This document shows, in pieces, positions 1 to 8,472 of a stretch of DNA of 64,000 nt. The position numbers were made by a program, and so were the translations under genes. The notes under the pieces were generated by a model. That model did not search any database. It was not told the origin of the DNA and was given only the letters and a program-made list of their open reading frames with translations. The stretch covers positions 47 to 64,046 of the IMG/VR virus record IMGVR_UViG_3300015202_000006; one strand, written 5' to 3'. Positions within the stretch are counted from its first letter, which is position 1. The number at the start of each line of letters is the position of its first letter. The stretch is from a virus.

Positions 1-3000
1 ACTCTTCGTCGGCGACCGGGGTGCCTTGGGGTGTCTCAACGTAGAAGTCGACCACCATGGTGTTGGTGTCCAAGGTCCCGTCGAAACGGATCTGAGGTTC
101 CATATGATGTCCGGCAGCCTTCAAGATGGGGATTAGCGCGTCGTTCGCACCGAAACGGATCCGCTGGATGAAATACCGAGAATAGGCGGCGTGGATGCCT
201 TCGGTAACGTCCATCACCTTAGAGATGGTGCCTGAAGGCTTAATCACCGTAGTTCGAATGCTCTCAGGGATGTTGAGCTGTTTGGAATAGTCGCGGTTTT
301 CCTTTTGAATGGCGTCGTAAACACGGTCAAGGACCGAAGGATTGAAGAACTGAGGAGCCTGGAGGCACCCTGTAATGCCGGTTCCCACGCGACGATTCCT
401 GCCAATCACTTCCATAACCTGCGGATGATGATAAAATTCAGTCGTGACCCGCTTACCCCAGCGGTGCATGAGAATCCCTGCCTCTTCGAACTCTTCGACT
501 GAATCGAGATTAGGAAGAGGGATTTCTTGGAGATTGCAGGGCTCGAAATTTTCGAGCGTAGCTTCGGCGCATTGCCCCGTTAAAACTCCATTGAAACATC
601 CAAGGTTGCGCTTGGGCTCCGTAAAGCAGTAGACGACATCCGCTACGCCCGCCGGCTCTACTGAGATAACTGTGGTGAATCTGATTGCCTCTCGTTGAGG
701 AGAGGCCTCGAAGCTCACTCGCTCAGTATTCATCCCAAGCGACAGAAGGTCCTGAATTTGAGTGGACCCGATCAAGATGCGTTTCGATTCTTTGCACATG
801 TACATGGCTGTTCCGCCCCTGCCATTCGGCATAGACCTTTCGCCAGCGTCTCTTCCGTCGCAAACTTTCGACTGTACGCCGAGGGTCGTAAGCATGCGCT
901 GCACCTTACTCAAGAAGGCGTGATCAACTGACACGATCTGACAGCCTCCCTCGATAGTCCTCGTACCATCGGCGTCAATCAACCCGGCCAGCCAATCTAA
1001 AGAAGACTGCACGTCCCACGTTTCTGGAACAAAGTTTTTAGGCTTGGGATCGAACCGAAGAGATACATATGTTCGGTCTTGGGATTCTGAGTATGCCCCA
1101 ATTTCTACATTCATGCGTGGGATGCATTTCACCTTTTCACCATACACAGTGAAACCCGTGTAGCCGTCCATCCCATCACCGGACAGGAAGCCCTGGCCGT
1201 AGGCCCACTTGATCGCCTCACCGCCTTCGATAACAGGAAATTTGTGCTTGATCAGCTTATCGCCGGGGACAAGGTCCTGAGCGTCCTTCCGTTCGGCCCC
1301 ACCTCGATAGTCGGTCGACAAGACGAATTTGTGCGCGATGGTGCAAGTCAGCGATCTGCCGTCACTCAAGGCGACCTTGACCATTTCTTGGTTGTGTCCG
1401 GTCACGCGAGGAGTAACCATCGACCATTCAAAACCATTCCATACGTTGATGGTCTTACCGACAAGCGTCTGGATTTCCTCGTAACCGGTCTCGGTCAAAA
1501 TCTCGGTTCCAGCTGGCACGCAAGGGTTTACTCCGACCGCAGTGTCCTTTTTCTTTTCGCCCATCCGACCGTAAGTCTGGATGTTCTTGCGATTGACGAT
1601 TCCAAAGGGCTCGCCATTCTCGTAGGTCTTCCAGAAGAGTGGTGTCAGGTCCTCGTCAACGTCTTCACAAACGACAGACAAATTGGCGAACGCACGCCAA
1701 GTCGGGATCGGACCGAGGTCCCAGCGCTTCGACTTCAGGTATTCCTTGTCGAAGGGGTCACCGAGGATAATGATGGCCGATCGGCGTACGTTGCCGGCAA
1801 CGACCATTTCTCCCGTGCAACAAAGGAGGTCCATGGCGTCGATTGGCCGGATGTGCTTGCCTTCACGGGCGAGTAGAAGGGCGCAAACGTTCTCAATGAA
1901 CTTGATGAGCGGGATTGGGCCTGAGGCGGTTCCGCCAAACCCGACAATGGATTCGCCGTATCCACGAACGCAAACCGTGGAATAGGTGAAGCCCTTGCCA
2001 GTTACGAAGAACGCTTCCAACGTACGGCGAAAAAGCTCGCACCAGCCTTCACGAGAGTCAGGGACGATGAAGTCAGCATCCTTGGTGCCTTTGTGTTGGA
2101 TGACGACACTTCTTTTGATCTTAGGCAGCTTCGAGGCGAAGCGCTGCTCTACGGACATCCCTACGCCTCCTCCGAGCATCAGGAGATCCATGGCGATGAC
2201 AAAGTTGTTCCACTCTTCCGAGGTAACGAACCAGCAGTTGCCAGTGACGGTTCCGTACTCAAGTGTGAACGAGCGAGTTTCGGGTTCTGTGACGCAGTAA
2301 ACGGGCTCGACGATATTTAAATCTTCAATAGATCGCACAAAGAGAAGTGACGACTCGTTTTTGATCGTGAGTGTTCGAATCTGATTTGACCGCACTCCAA
2401 AATTTGTCTCAAGATTCGAGTCTATGATGTCGCCGGTGATCACTACCCCGAGTAGTGGGGCGCGCTCGCGCAGCCAGTCGATAGCGGCGTGGTCGGTTGA
2501 CCCCAGGCGGCCTCGTGTCGATCCGTCCGCAGCGAACCATCCGTTATAAAATCCGGCCTGGTAATCCCACGAAGTCCCATCACCCGGAACTTCCTTGAGA
2601 TTAATTTGTGATTTCAAAGTTACAACAGCTTCAAAATTCGAAGATAGGTGTCTGGCCACCGAAACAAAACCGTCCTGCTTCATCAGGGCATCTAAGTGTT
2701 TAGATTTGTCGCCGCATAGACGGATCGCAAAGCGTTCTGGGTAGTAGGTGTGCCGAGTCCCGTCGCCGAAAATTAGACCGTGTGCGAACCCATTTTTAAA
2801 ATCCTGAGAATCTTCAAGAGCCTCTCGTGGGTTAACTCGGACCTGGTCGCCGACTTGAAGGTCGGTAGTATCCCCACGTTCGGTCAGCCACATATGGTTT
2901 CGAGTCGCGTAAAAATATTGCTCGGCCCCGCCGCCCCGTGGAGACATCGTAATTTTGAATAGCGCCTGCTCACCGAACTTCGAGACAACCGCCTTACGCT

Positions 3001-3376
3001 GTTTTCCGTCAGCGCATATGACTGAAACGCTACGTCCAACGACCTCCTTAAAGGATTGAAGCCTTCCGTCTGCGAAGAATCGAGTATCTCCGGAGAAGCA
3101 ATTATTAAGCGCTACGCCGCCAATGCGTGCGTGGGATGGCGCTCCCGAGAACCAATAGCCGCGTCCTGCAGGACCTGCTTTGCGGTTGAGCATGAGGTAA
3201 CGGAGTCGATCTTCTTCATTTGGAAGGAGATGTTTAGTTCCGCGAAACCGTCCAATGTTGCCTTCGATTACTCGATCGATGGTCTGGGTCCAGGTTTCAG
3301 TAGGACCAAAGTCTTTACGGGCGTAGGTGCGTTTGTAAACAACCTTGGCAAGGTTGCTCCACAGCTTAACTGACAT
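1..3376 (-). CDS. nrdJ: Class II (adenosylcobalamin-dependent, monomeric RTPR-type) ribonucleotide reductase with two inteins; 3' end beyond the window
   Basis: Hand translation: open from ATG at 3376 (GAGG SD upstream) to base 1. Extein motifs VVYKRTYAR, ALNN|CWFV, LMLGGGVG, VAGNVRRSA, VNP|CAE, EPCNL, TVIKPSGT. Confidence 0.93.
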   Translation of the reverse strand, partial: MSVKLWSNLAKVVYKRTYARKDFGPTETWTQTIDRVIEGNIGRFRGTKHLLPNEEDRLRYLMLNRKAGPAGRGYWFSGAPSHARIGGVALNNCFSGDTRFFADGRLQSFKEVVGRSVSVICADGKQRKAVVSKFGEQALFKITMSPRGGGAEQYFYATRNHMWLTERGDTTDLQVGDQVRVNPREALEDSQDFKNGFAHGLIFGDGTRHTYYPERFAIRLCGDKSKHLDALMKQDGFVSVARHLSSNFEAVVTLKSQINLKEVPGDGTSWDYQAGFYNGWFAADGSTRGRLGSTDHAAIDWLRERAPLLGVVITGDIIDSNLETNFGVRSNQIRTLTIKNESSLLFVRSIEDLNIVEPVYCVTEPETRSFTLEYGTVTGNCWFVTSEEWNNFVIAMDLLMLGGGVGMSVEQRFASKLPKIKRSVVIQHKGTKDADFIVPDSREGWCELFRRTLEAFFVTGKGFTYSTVCVRGYGESIVGFGGTASGPIPLIKFIENVCALLLAREGKHIRPIDAMDLLCCTGEMVVAGNVRRSAIIILGDPFDKEYLKSKRWDLGPIPTWRAFANLSVVCEDVDEDLTPLFWKTYENGEPFGIVNRKNIQTYGRMGEKKKDTAVGVNPCVPAGTEILTETGYEEIQTLVGKTINVWNGFEWSMVTPRVTGHNQEMVKVALSDGRSLTCTIAHKFVLSTDYRGGAERKDAQDLVPGDKLIKHKFPVIEGGEAIKWAYGQGFLSGDGMDGYTGFTVYGEKVKCIPRMNVEIGAYSESQDRTYVSLRFDPKPKNFVPETWDVQSSLDWLAGLIDADGTRTIEGGCQIVSVDHAFLSKVQRMLTTLGVQSKVCDGRDAGERSMPNGRGGTAMYMCKESKRILIGSTQIQDLLSLGMNTERVSFEASPQREAIRFTTVISVEPAGVADVVYCFTEPKRNLGCFNGVLTGQCAEATLENFEPCNLQEIPLPNLDSVEEFEEAGILMHRWGKRVTTEFYHHPQVMEVIGRNRRVGTGITGCLQAPQFFNPSVLDRVYDAIQKENRDYSKQLNIPESIRTTVIKPSGTISKVMDVTEGIHAAYSRYFIQRIRFGANDALIPILKAAGHHMEPQIRFDGTLDTNTMVVDFYVETPQGTPVADEE
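572..1522 (-). mobile_element. Intein 2 in NrdJ (317 aa), Gln-terminated, with LAGLIDADG endonuclease
   Basis: Starts CVPAGTEILT, ends VYCFTEPKRNLGCFNGVLTGQ, +1 Cys (CAE); contains YGQGFLSGDG and WLAGLIDADG. Confidence 0.92.
2237..3100 (-). mobile_element. Intein 1 in NrdJ (288 aa) with LAGLIDADG-type endonuclease
   Basis: Starts CFSGDT, ends VTGN, followed by +1 Cys (CWFV); internal FAHGLIFGDG and FYNGWFAADG motifs. Confidence 0.9.
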
Positions 3377-3426
3377 TCAAGATACCTCTGAGTGGGATAA
3401 AATTTGCGAAGTAGACCGCTATGAAT

Positions 3427-3436
3427 TTTATACGAA
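3427..3436 (-). promoter_or_regulatory. Phage promoter motif variant TTCGTATAAA upstream of nrdJ
   Basis: One mismatch to TCCGTATAAA, 50 nt upstream of the nrdJ ATG. Confidence 0.6.
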
Positions 3437-3501
3437 AGAGGACGGATGCCTTTTGTCCGTTAGAAACAGGCGTTATCCGTTAGAATTATTGAAGAATTAA
3501 A

Positions 3502-3519
3502 TACATCATTAATGCTGAA
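3502..3519. promoter_or_regulatory. Operator-like site TACATCATTAATGCTGAA
   Basis: 16/18 match to the perfect palindrome at 10839-10856; AT-rich intergenic region. Confidence 0.5.
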
Positions 3520-4468
3520 TATAGCTTACGTTCGAAAATATTCTTTGGCAGAATTAAACGCATGAAGACTCAAGCAATCACAGCTCTTGAGATCGAACCG
3601 GGAATGCTAATCTAGGACCGCGACTTCTGGTCGTATGTTGTCGGCGTCTCTAAGCTTCTCATCAGTGGCCTATCTAGAGTGTGCAGCTGGTCTTGAGAGA
3701 GGTTCTTATGGAACTCTCCTCTCTACCGCTCACTCTTACGATACGTCTCTCCTAGAGGCTTATGAGAGGGCTATCAGGGGCTTCTTCTCTTAGAGAGGGT
3801 ATTCTCTTTCTCTCTAAGTTCCCTCTCAAGACGTGACAATCCCTTTTTATTACCACCACTCTTGTCCCCCGGAAGGGTAAAAGCTTTAGGTAGCTGTCTA
3901 AGGGTTAGTTCCTATTACCTCTTAGAGAATCTTGTAGAGACATTGGCCATGATAGGAAGGCTAATTACAGCCCTTCGATTTTCATTGTTGTTCTATCCTC
4001 TCAATCACATTGAGAAGATTGCTACCGGTAACGGTAAGGATTACTCCCCTGATTCACAGGCTTAGATGGAAGAACCATCATGTGCTTTTAGACAAGCGAA
4101 CATACAACGCAGTCTCAGAAACAACACGGGAGTTACACCCGCCGAAGTGTCCTGAACAGTAACTCTGAAAATCAGCCTTTATCTTTATGCTCGGAGATTA
4201 CTTTGGGCGGGGTTCGCGTCAATGATTGTCCTGGAATGTTCCACCAGAGGCGGCCCTACACTTAGCCCGGATCACCAACCCGGGTTCATTTCTCTCTTAG
4301 TTGAGGGTTGTTTCCTCTATGGTCACAGAAGCCGCCTAAGCAGCCGTAGCCCACTGTCTTATCAACCTTCAATTTCAATCTCACTTGAGATTAACGGCAT
4401 TTCTATAACGGAAGCTGCCGTGGCCCACCCGGACACATAAAGGACTGAGCCCAATACACGTCATAGAT

Positions 4469-4478
4469 TTTATACGGA
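4469..4478 (-). promoter_or_regulatory. Phage promoter motif TCCGTATAAA
   Basis: Exact copy; ATG 4 nt downstream opens only a 27-codon ORF. Confidence 0.6.
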
Positions 4479-4594
4479 AATGGGATGGGTTGGATTTTCG
4501 GATTAGAAATGGAGGAGGAAGGAGAATAGGTAGGCGAGTGTGAGGGATGGGATGATGAGCGAGATGAGGACGAGCAGTGGGAGAGCGAAAACCT

Positions 4595-4720
4595 TCATAG
4601 AAGGATAAGTTTTTGGACAAGAGCGGAGATTGCCATGAGACAAACACCCGTACCAAAGAGAATGAACGCGATGAATGTTCCGAGCGCGAATGCCACGAAG
4701 ATGTTTCTAATTGGGCTCAT
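4595..4720 (-). CDS. Small hydrophobic membrane peptide (41 aa)
   Basis: Hand translation MSPIRNIFVAFALGTFIAFILFGTGVCLMAISALVQKLILL; overlaps the upstream stop. Confidence 0.5.
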   Translation of the reverse strand: MSPIRNIFVAFALGTFIAFILFGTGVCLMAISALVQKLILL

Positions 4721-4919
4721 TGGGCGCGTCTTTCGTTTTGGTTCGGTTTAGATGCTCTTCGATTGATTGGGCGGTTTGTGGGTCGCCCATAGAATTATTC
4801 ATGTGACAGGTCGTACAAAGATCGAGGTCCGTGCCGTCTTCTTCTTTGGCAGGAGACTGAGTAATGATGCGACAGACATCGCAAAGTACGGCCCCGTTAC
4901 CGGAATTGAATTTGAACAT
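4707..4919 (-). CDS. Small Cys-containing hypothetical protein (70 aa)
   Basis: MFKFNSGNGAVLCDVC...LCTTC; TAATG coupling with the upstream gene places the start at 4919. Confidence 0.65.
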   Translation of the reverse strand: MFKFNSGNGAVLCDVCRIITQSPAKEEDGTDLDLCTTCHMNNSMGDPQTAQSIEEHLNRTKTKDAPNEPN

Positions 4920-5128
4920 TATTTCCGGTTTCCTGTCCGGTCCGCCTGGCGCTCGGTCCGTTCTTCTCTTGCGAGAGCTTTTCCGTAGGGGGAGCAATCA
5001 ACGATTTCCTTGTCGTTCTGATTAGTTGAGTGCAGGCAGTCCCAGGTGGGGTTTGTTGCACAATTGTTCAGGACGAACGTCAGGAGGATCAGTAAAGAGA
5101 TCGTTCCGTAGGGTTTCAGGTTGTTCAT
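4919..5128 (-). CDS. Small signal-peptide/lipoprotein-like protein (69 aa)
   Basis: Hydrophobic N-terminus followed by Cys; ATGA overlap and SD at 5128. Confidence 0.55.
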   Translation of the reverse strand: MNNLKPYGTISLLILLTFVLNNCATNPTWDCLHSTNQNDKEIVDCSPYGKALAREERTERQADRTGNRK

Positions 5129-5301
5129 AAACCTTCCTGGTCTAGATAGATTTCGTGGGCGTTTCCTTTCCACATATTTCCGTCGGTAAGGAGAACCATC
5201 ACTTCTTTGCCCCAAACAGCGACAACAGTGCCCTTACTTTCCGTTTCACGGATTTCAGAGTCTTTCTTTCTTGCTACAATCACGACATCGCCTTCTTTCA
5301 C
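5125..5301 (-). CDS. Hypothetical protein (58 aa)
   Basis: Hand translation MKEGDVVIVARKK...; GTGA/ATGA coupled at both ends. Confidence 0.55.
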   Translation of the reverse strand: MKEGDVVIVARKKDSEIRETESKGTVVAVWGKEVMVLLTDGNMWKGNAHEIYLDQEGL

Positions 5302-5453
5302 TCGGTTTCCTTTTTTTCTTCTTCCAGCATTGTTTCGACTAATTCGACATGTTGCGGGTTGACGGTTTCGGTGTTGATCAATTCTCTGAGACCTTTTCTG
5401 GCCTCAAACTTGGTAAGTTTTCCTAATTGCCACTGAACGCAAACTGCGCACAT
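5298..5453 (-). CDS. Hypothetical protein (51 aa, MCxxC)
   Basis: Hand translation MCAVCVQWQLGKLTK...; coupled to neighbours. Confidence 0.55.
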   Translation of the reverse strand: MCAVCVQWQLGKLTKFEARKGLRELINTETVNPQHVELVETMLEEEKKETE

Positions 5454-5569
5454 CAGGACTGTCTCCAAAGAACGGCCTTCTTACGGGTAGAGAAGTATTT
5501 AACTTTGAACCCGGCGTAGTGGACTTCGGTATACTCGACCGTCCAGGCGGGGAACCTCTTGGCGGCCAT
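5453..5569 (-). CDS. Hypothetical protein (38 aa)
   Basis: TAATG and TGATG overlaps with both neighbours. Confidence 0.45.
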   Translation of the reverse strand: MAAKRFPAWTVEYTEVHYAGFKVKYFSTRKKAVLWRQS

Positions 5570-5766
5570 TAAAAGCCACCGTCGCCGTATTGGCCATCGT
5601 CAAGCTCGAGTACGCTTGCGATGCTGTAGGAGGTTTTGCTGTCTCGCGCGATTCGTACGGCTTCTAGCTCGGTACGGGCGTTGACGTAGCAAAGGACAGT
5701 ACGAAGGAGAATCGTATCGTAGAGAACAACTTCGAACTGGAGAATGGGAAGTGCTGAAACAGTCAT
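5569..5766 (-). CDS. Hypothetical protein (65 aa)
   Basis: ORF track; GAGG SD; first gene after the promoter motif at 5787. Confidence 0.6.
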   Translation of the reverse strand: MTVSALPILQFEVVLYDTILLRTVLCYVNARTELEAVRIARDSKTSYSIASVLELDDGQYGDGGF

Positions 5767-5786
5767 AGACCCTCTCTTCCGTAACT

Positions 5787-5796
5787 TTTATACGGA
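5787..5796 (-). promoter_or_regulatory. Phage promoter motif TCCGTATAAA
   Basis: Exact copy 20 nt before an SD-led ATG. Confidence 0.75.
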
Positions 5797-5850
5797 AAGG
5801 AGGGTCTAGCTGTTTTGGTTCAGGTATTTAGAAAGGTAAGTGTCGAAAGA

Positions 5851-6324
5851 TTAGGCAGCGCCACTCAGACCGGTAGGGCCACAAGTATCATCATCATCAT
5901 CGTCGTCGTCGAGACACGCGTCGAGCAGATCGTCTTCGGTGAGAGGAGGCTCCTCCTGTCTTAAACCTTTTGGGTTAATGAGATCGTTTAAGAAAGTAGC
6001 AAACTTTTTAAGATCAAAAGGCTTATCGATAACGACGATGTTATGGCCTAATTTGAAAAGCCGGGATTTGGCTTCTGTGCCTAATGCCGTGATCATGATG
6101 ATTGGGATGTTTGCCTTTAGGGCCGCCTCCACCAGAACGTCTCCACGAACTCCAGGCATCTGAAAGTCGGTCACTATCATGTCGGGCTCTTGGGTCTTGA
6201 GGAACTCGAATGCCTCATGAACGTTCGTCACGCTCGTCACCCTCATTTTTGCTCGACGTAAAATTTTCGTAATAATCAGTCGAATCTCATCGTTATCTTC
6301 GACCAGAAGAATGTGTTTACTCAT
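5851..6324 (-). CDS. Stand-alone response-regulator receiver (CheY-like) with acidic tail
   Basis: ILLVEDN, IVTDFQMP (phosphoacceptor Asp), IMITA, KPF; poly-Asp C-terminus. Confidence 0.9.
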   Translation of the reverse strand: MSKHILLVEDNDEIRLIITKILRRAKMRVTSVTNVHEAFEFLKTQEPDMIVTDFQMPGVRGDVLVEAALKANIPIIMITALGTEAKSRLFKLGHNIVVIDKPFDLKKFATFLNDLINPKGLRQEEPPLTEDDLLDACLDDDDDDDDTCGPTGLSGAA

Positions 6325-6481
6325 GTTGCGTCTCGCTCCGATTTATACAACCAAGCACGATAGCCTTTGTTGCTTGTTATAAGAGTATCGTCCTTATTTT
6401 CTTATTATTAAATGTGTCCGAGATGACAGATTGAAAAACATATACAATCGTTGGTTTGCTAACTTTAGTGGGTCACTCGGT

Positions 6482-6491
6482 TCCGTATAAA
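6482..6491 (+). promoter_or_regulatory. Phage promoter motif TCCGTATAAA
   Basis: Exact copy; 6 nt to ATG at 6498. Confidence 0.8.
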
Positions 6492-6497
6492 AAGGAG

Positions 6498-7475
6498 ATG
6501 ATTGACACACGCATAGGGAACCCTGAGTTCATGAAACCCTATTGGCAGGCCTCTGAGGAGACGTTCCCGGGGCTTAATGTCCCTGTCTCCAGGGGCATGC
6601 GCTACGACCGTTCCCCGGAAGAACGCCAGCTTAAGGAAGAGATCGTTCGGATTCATCAAAATATTAAGAACGTGGCCAATCCCGGATCGTATGAAATCGT
6701 CATTGGCTGTGGGGCCACGCAGCTACTCGCTGCCGCTCTCTACACGGCAAAGCGCTCCGGTATCGATGAGGTATACGCTCGCCCTCCTTATTATTTTAGA
6801 TTTCCGTTTATGGCAGACGCTGCCGGCCTAACCCTCACCGGAAGTGGTATCGGTATTCGAGCCCGTCCGCACGCCGAAATCATTACCGTCCCAAGTAATC
6901 CAGACAATGTCGTTTACGAACAGAGTGATCTCGCGTTCCCTATTTTTGATCTCTGCTACAATTGGCCCCAGTACGGGCAGGTCATTGCCCGCGATGACGA
7001 TCTGATGATTTATGGGATGTCTAAAGCCACAGGTCATTCGAGCTGTCGGATTGGTTGGGCTCTTGTAAAAGACAAGAGCGTCGCAGAACAGATGCGTTTC
7101 TACATTGAAATCGCTTCAGGCGGATCGTCCATTGAATCCTTGATTCACGCAAAAATGATTCTGAGTGATCAGTCGCACCTCTATGATGAAGGGTCCGAAA
7201 CGGACTCAGTCTTTGAATACGGGAAAGAAATCTTGAACGATCGCTGGGAACAAATCAAAGCGCTCGATGTTCCTTGTCTGGAGGTGCTGAACACATCCGG
7301 CATGTTCCTCTGGGCGACATACAAGGATGGAATGGCCAGTCTTCGTCAAGACACTCAGATCCATGGGACTGACGGTTCGCTTTGTGGAGGCAGCTCAAAA
7401 CACGTTCGCATTAGTATTGGCGGTTCGAATGAGAACTTTCGGGAAGTTATCAATTCCTTTAAAGGACTAGAATAA
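6498..7475 (+). CDS. PLP-dependent enzyme of the alliinase / tryptophan aminotransferase (TAA1/TAR) family
   Basis: GCGATQL, RPPYY, TVPSNPD, FDLCYNWPQY, GMSKATGHSSCRIGWALVKDK (PLP Lys), closely resembling plant TAA1/alliinase motifs as recalled. Confidence 0.8.
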   Translation: MIDTRIGNPEFMKPYWQASEETFPGLNVPVSRGMRYDRSPEERQLKEEIVRIHQNIKNVANPGSYEIVIGCGATQLLAAALYTAKRSGIDEVYARPPYYFRFPFMADAAGLTLTGSGIGIRARPHAEIITVPSNPDNVVYEQSDLAFPIFDLCYNWPQYGQVIARDDDLMIYGMSKATGHSSCRIGWALVKDKSVAEQMRFYIEIASGGSSIESLIHAKMILSDQSHLYDEGSETDSVFEYGKEILNDRWEQIKALDVPCLEVLNTSGMFLWATYKDGMASLRQDTQIHGTDGSLCGGSSKHVRISIGGSNENFREVINSFKGLE

Positions 7476-7732
7476 TGGCTCATCCAAGAATGCTCGGCGC
7501 TACCTTTGAAACACGGGATGGATTGATCAGCCGAGATTCCACGCTCGTCTCTTTTCCGCCGCCCCATGAGTATCTTAGACCAATGCGGATCGAAGGACGC
7601 CAAATCAGAGAACTCGGCCCAAACGTCATCGAGATTGCTCCGATTCGAAAATACCGACTCGAGAAGATCCTTTTTAAAAACGACGAGTTCGGAAACCGCG
7701 TTCCCGTACGCGCCTGGTACGTCGAAACGTGA
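7475..7732 (+). CDS. Hypothetical protein (85 aa)
   Basis: ORF track; TAATG-coupled. Confidence 0.6.
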   Translation: MAHPRMLGATFETRDGLISRDSTLVSFPPPHEYLRPMRIEGRQIRELGPNVIEIAPIRKYRLEKILFKNDEFGNRVPVRAWYVET

Positions 7733-7814
7733 GCGCCGTCATCCTTTCTGATCTGAGATTCGTTCATACCCCTAAGACCAGAGAGTTCACCATCTGGCAT
7801 AATGAGGTCGAAGA

Positions 7815-8465
7815 GTGAAAATAGTCATTGTTTCGGACACTCACGGTTTTGAAGGTATTGAAGTCCCTGATGGGGACTTGCTCATTCACGCCGGAGACTT
7901 CTCTGGACGTGGAACTGAAAAGGACCTGATCCGTTTCAATGCCTGGATGGGAAGACTCCCTCATTCCAACAAGTTGGTTATTCCAGGAAACCACGATCTA
8001 TTCGTGGAAAAGGACCCTGACCTAGCCAGAGTCATTGCGACCAACTTCAGGTTTCTGATCGACGAAGAAATATCAATCAACGGCATCCGTATCTTCGGTT
8101 CACCCTGGACCCCTCAATTCGGCCCTTGGGCGTACATGCGTGACCCCTGCCAAATGAAAGAGGTCTGGGAGCGTCTACCAAGCGGTCTCGATATATTAGT
8201 CACTCACGGACCTCCTCATGGCGTTCTGGATGAGGTTATTTCCTACGAGGAAAAAAGCGGGAAGACTGGGATTGGTCATGCCGGATGTGTTTCACTTTTT
8301 AATCGAGTGATGGAAATAAAACCCAAACACCATCTTTTCGGACACATCCACGAGGGGTATGGCGAGCTGGAAATGTACGGCACTAAGTTTATCAACGCCT
8401 CAATATGCACGAGATGGCACAAGCCTACGAATCCTCCGATCGTCCTCGAGATCGAATCCGTATAA
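7815..8465 (+). CDS. Calcineurin-like metallophosphoesterase (MPPED-like)
   Basis: SDTHG, HAGD, GNHD, THGPP, GHIHE motifs. Confidence 0.9.
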   Translation: MKIVIVSDTHGFEGIEVPDGDLLIHAGDFSGRGTEKDLIRFNAWMGRLPHSNKLVIPGNHDLFVEKDPDLARVIATNFRFLIDEEISINGIRIFGSPWTPQFGPWAYMRDPCQMKEVWERLPSGLDILVTHGPPHGVLDEVISYEEKSGKTGIGHAGCVSLFNRVMEIKPKHHLFGHIHEGYGELEMYGTKFINASICTRWHKPTNPPIVLEIESV

Positions 8466-8466
8466 A
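8457..8466 (+). promoter_or_regulatory. Phage promoter motif TCCGTATAAA
   Basis: Exact copy; contains the upstream stop codon; 6 nt to ATG at 8473. Confidence 0.85.
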
Positions 8467-8472
8467 ACAGGC

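Noticed and set aside
305-3373. Plus-strand ORFs in the track (up to 210 aa)
   Set aside because: They are shadows of the uninterrupted minus-strand nrdJ, which the track omits because it has no stop in the window.
3520-4380. Stop-codon recoding to explain the gene-poor stretch
   Set aside because: TAA, TAG and TGA all end well-supported genes (e.g. TAG at 19661 and 57813, TGA at 15802 and 24837), and the frames examined are broken by more than one stop type.
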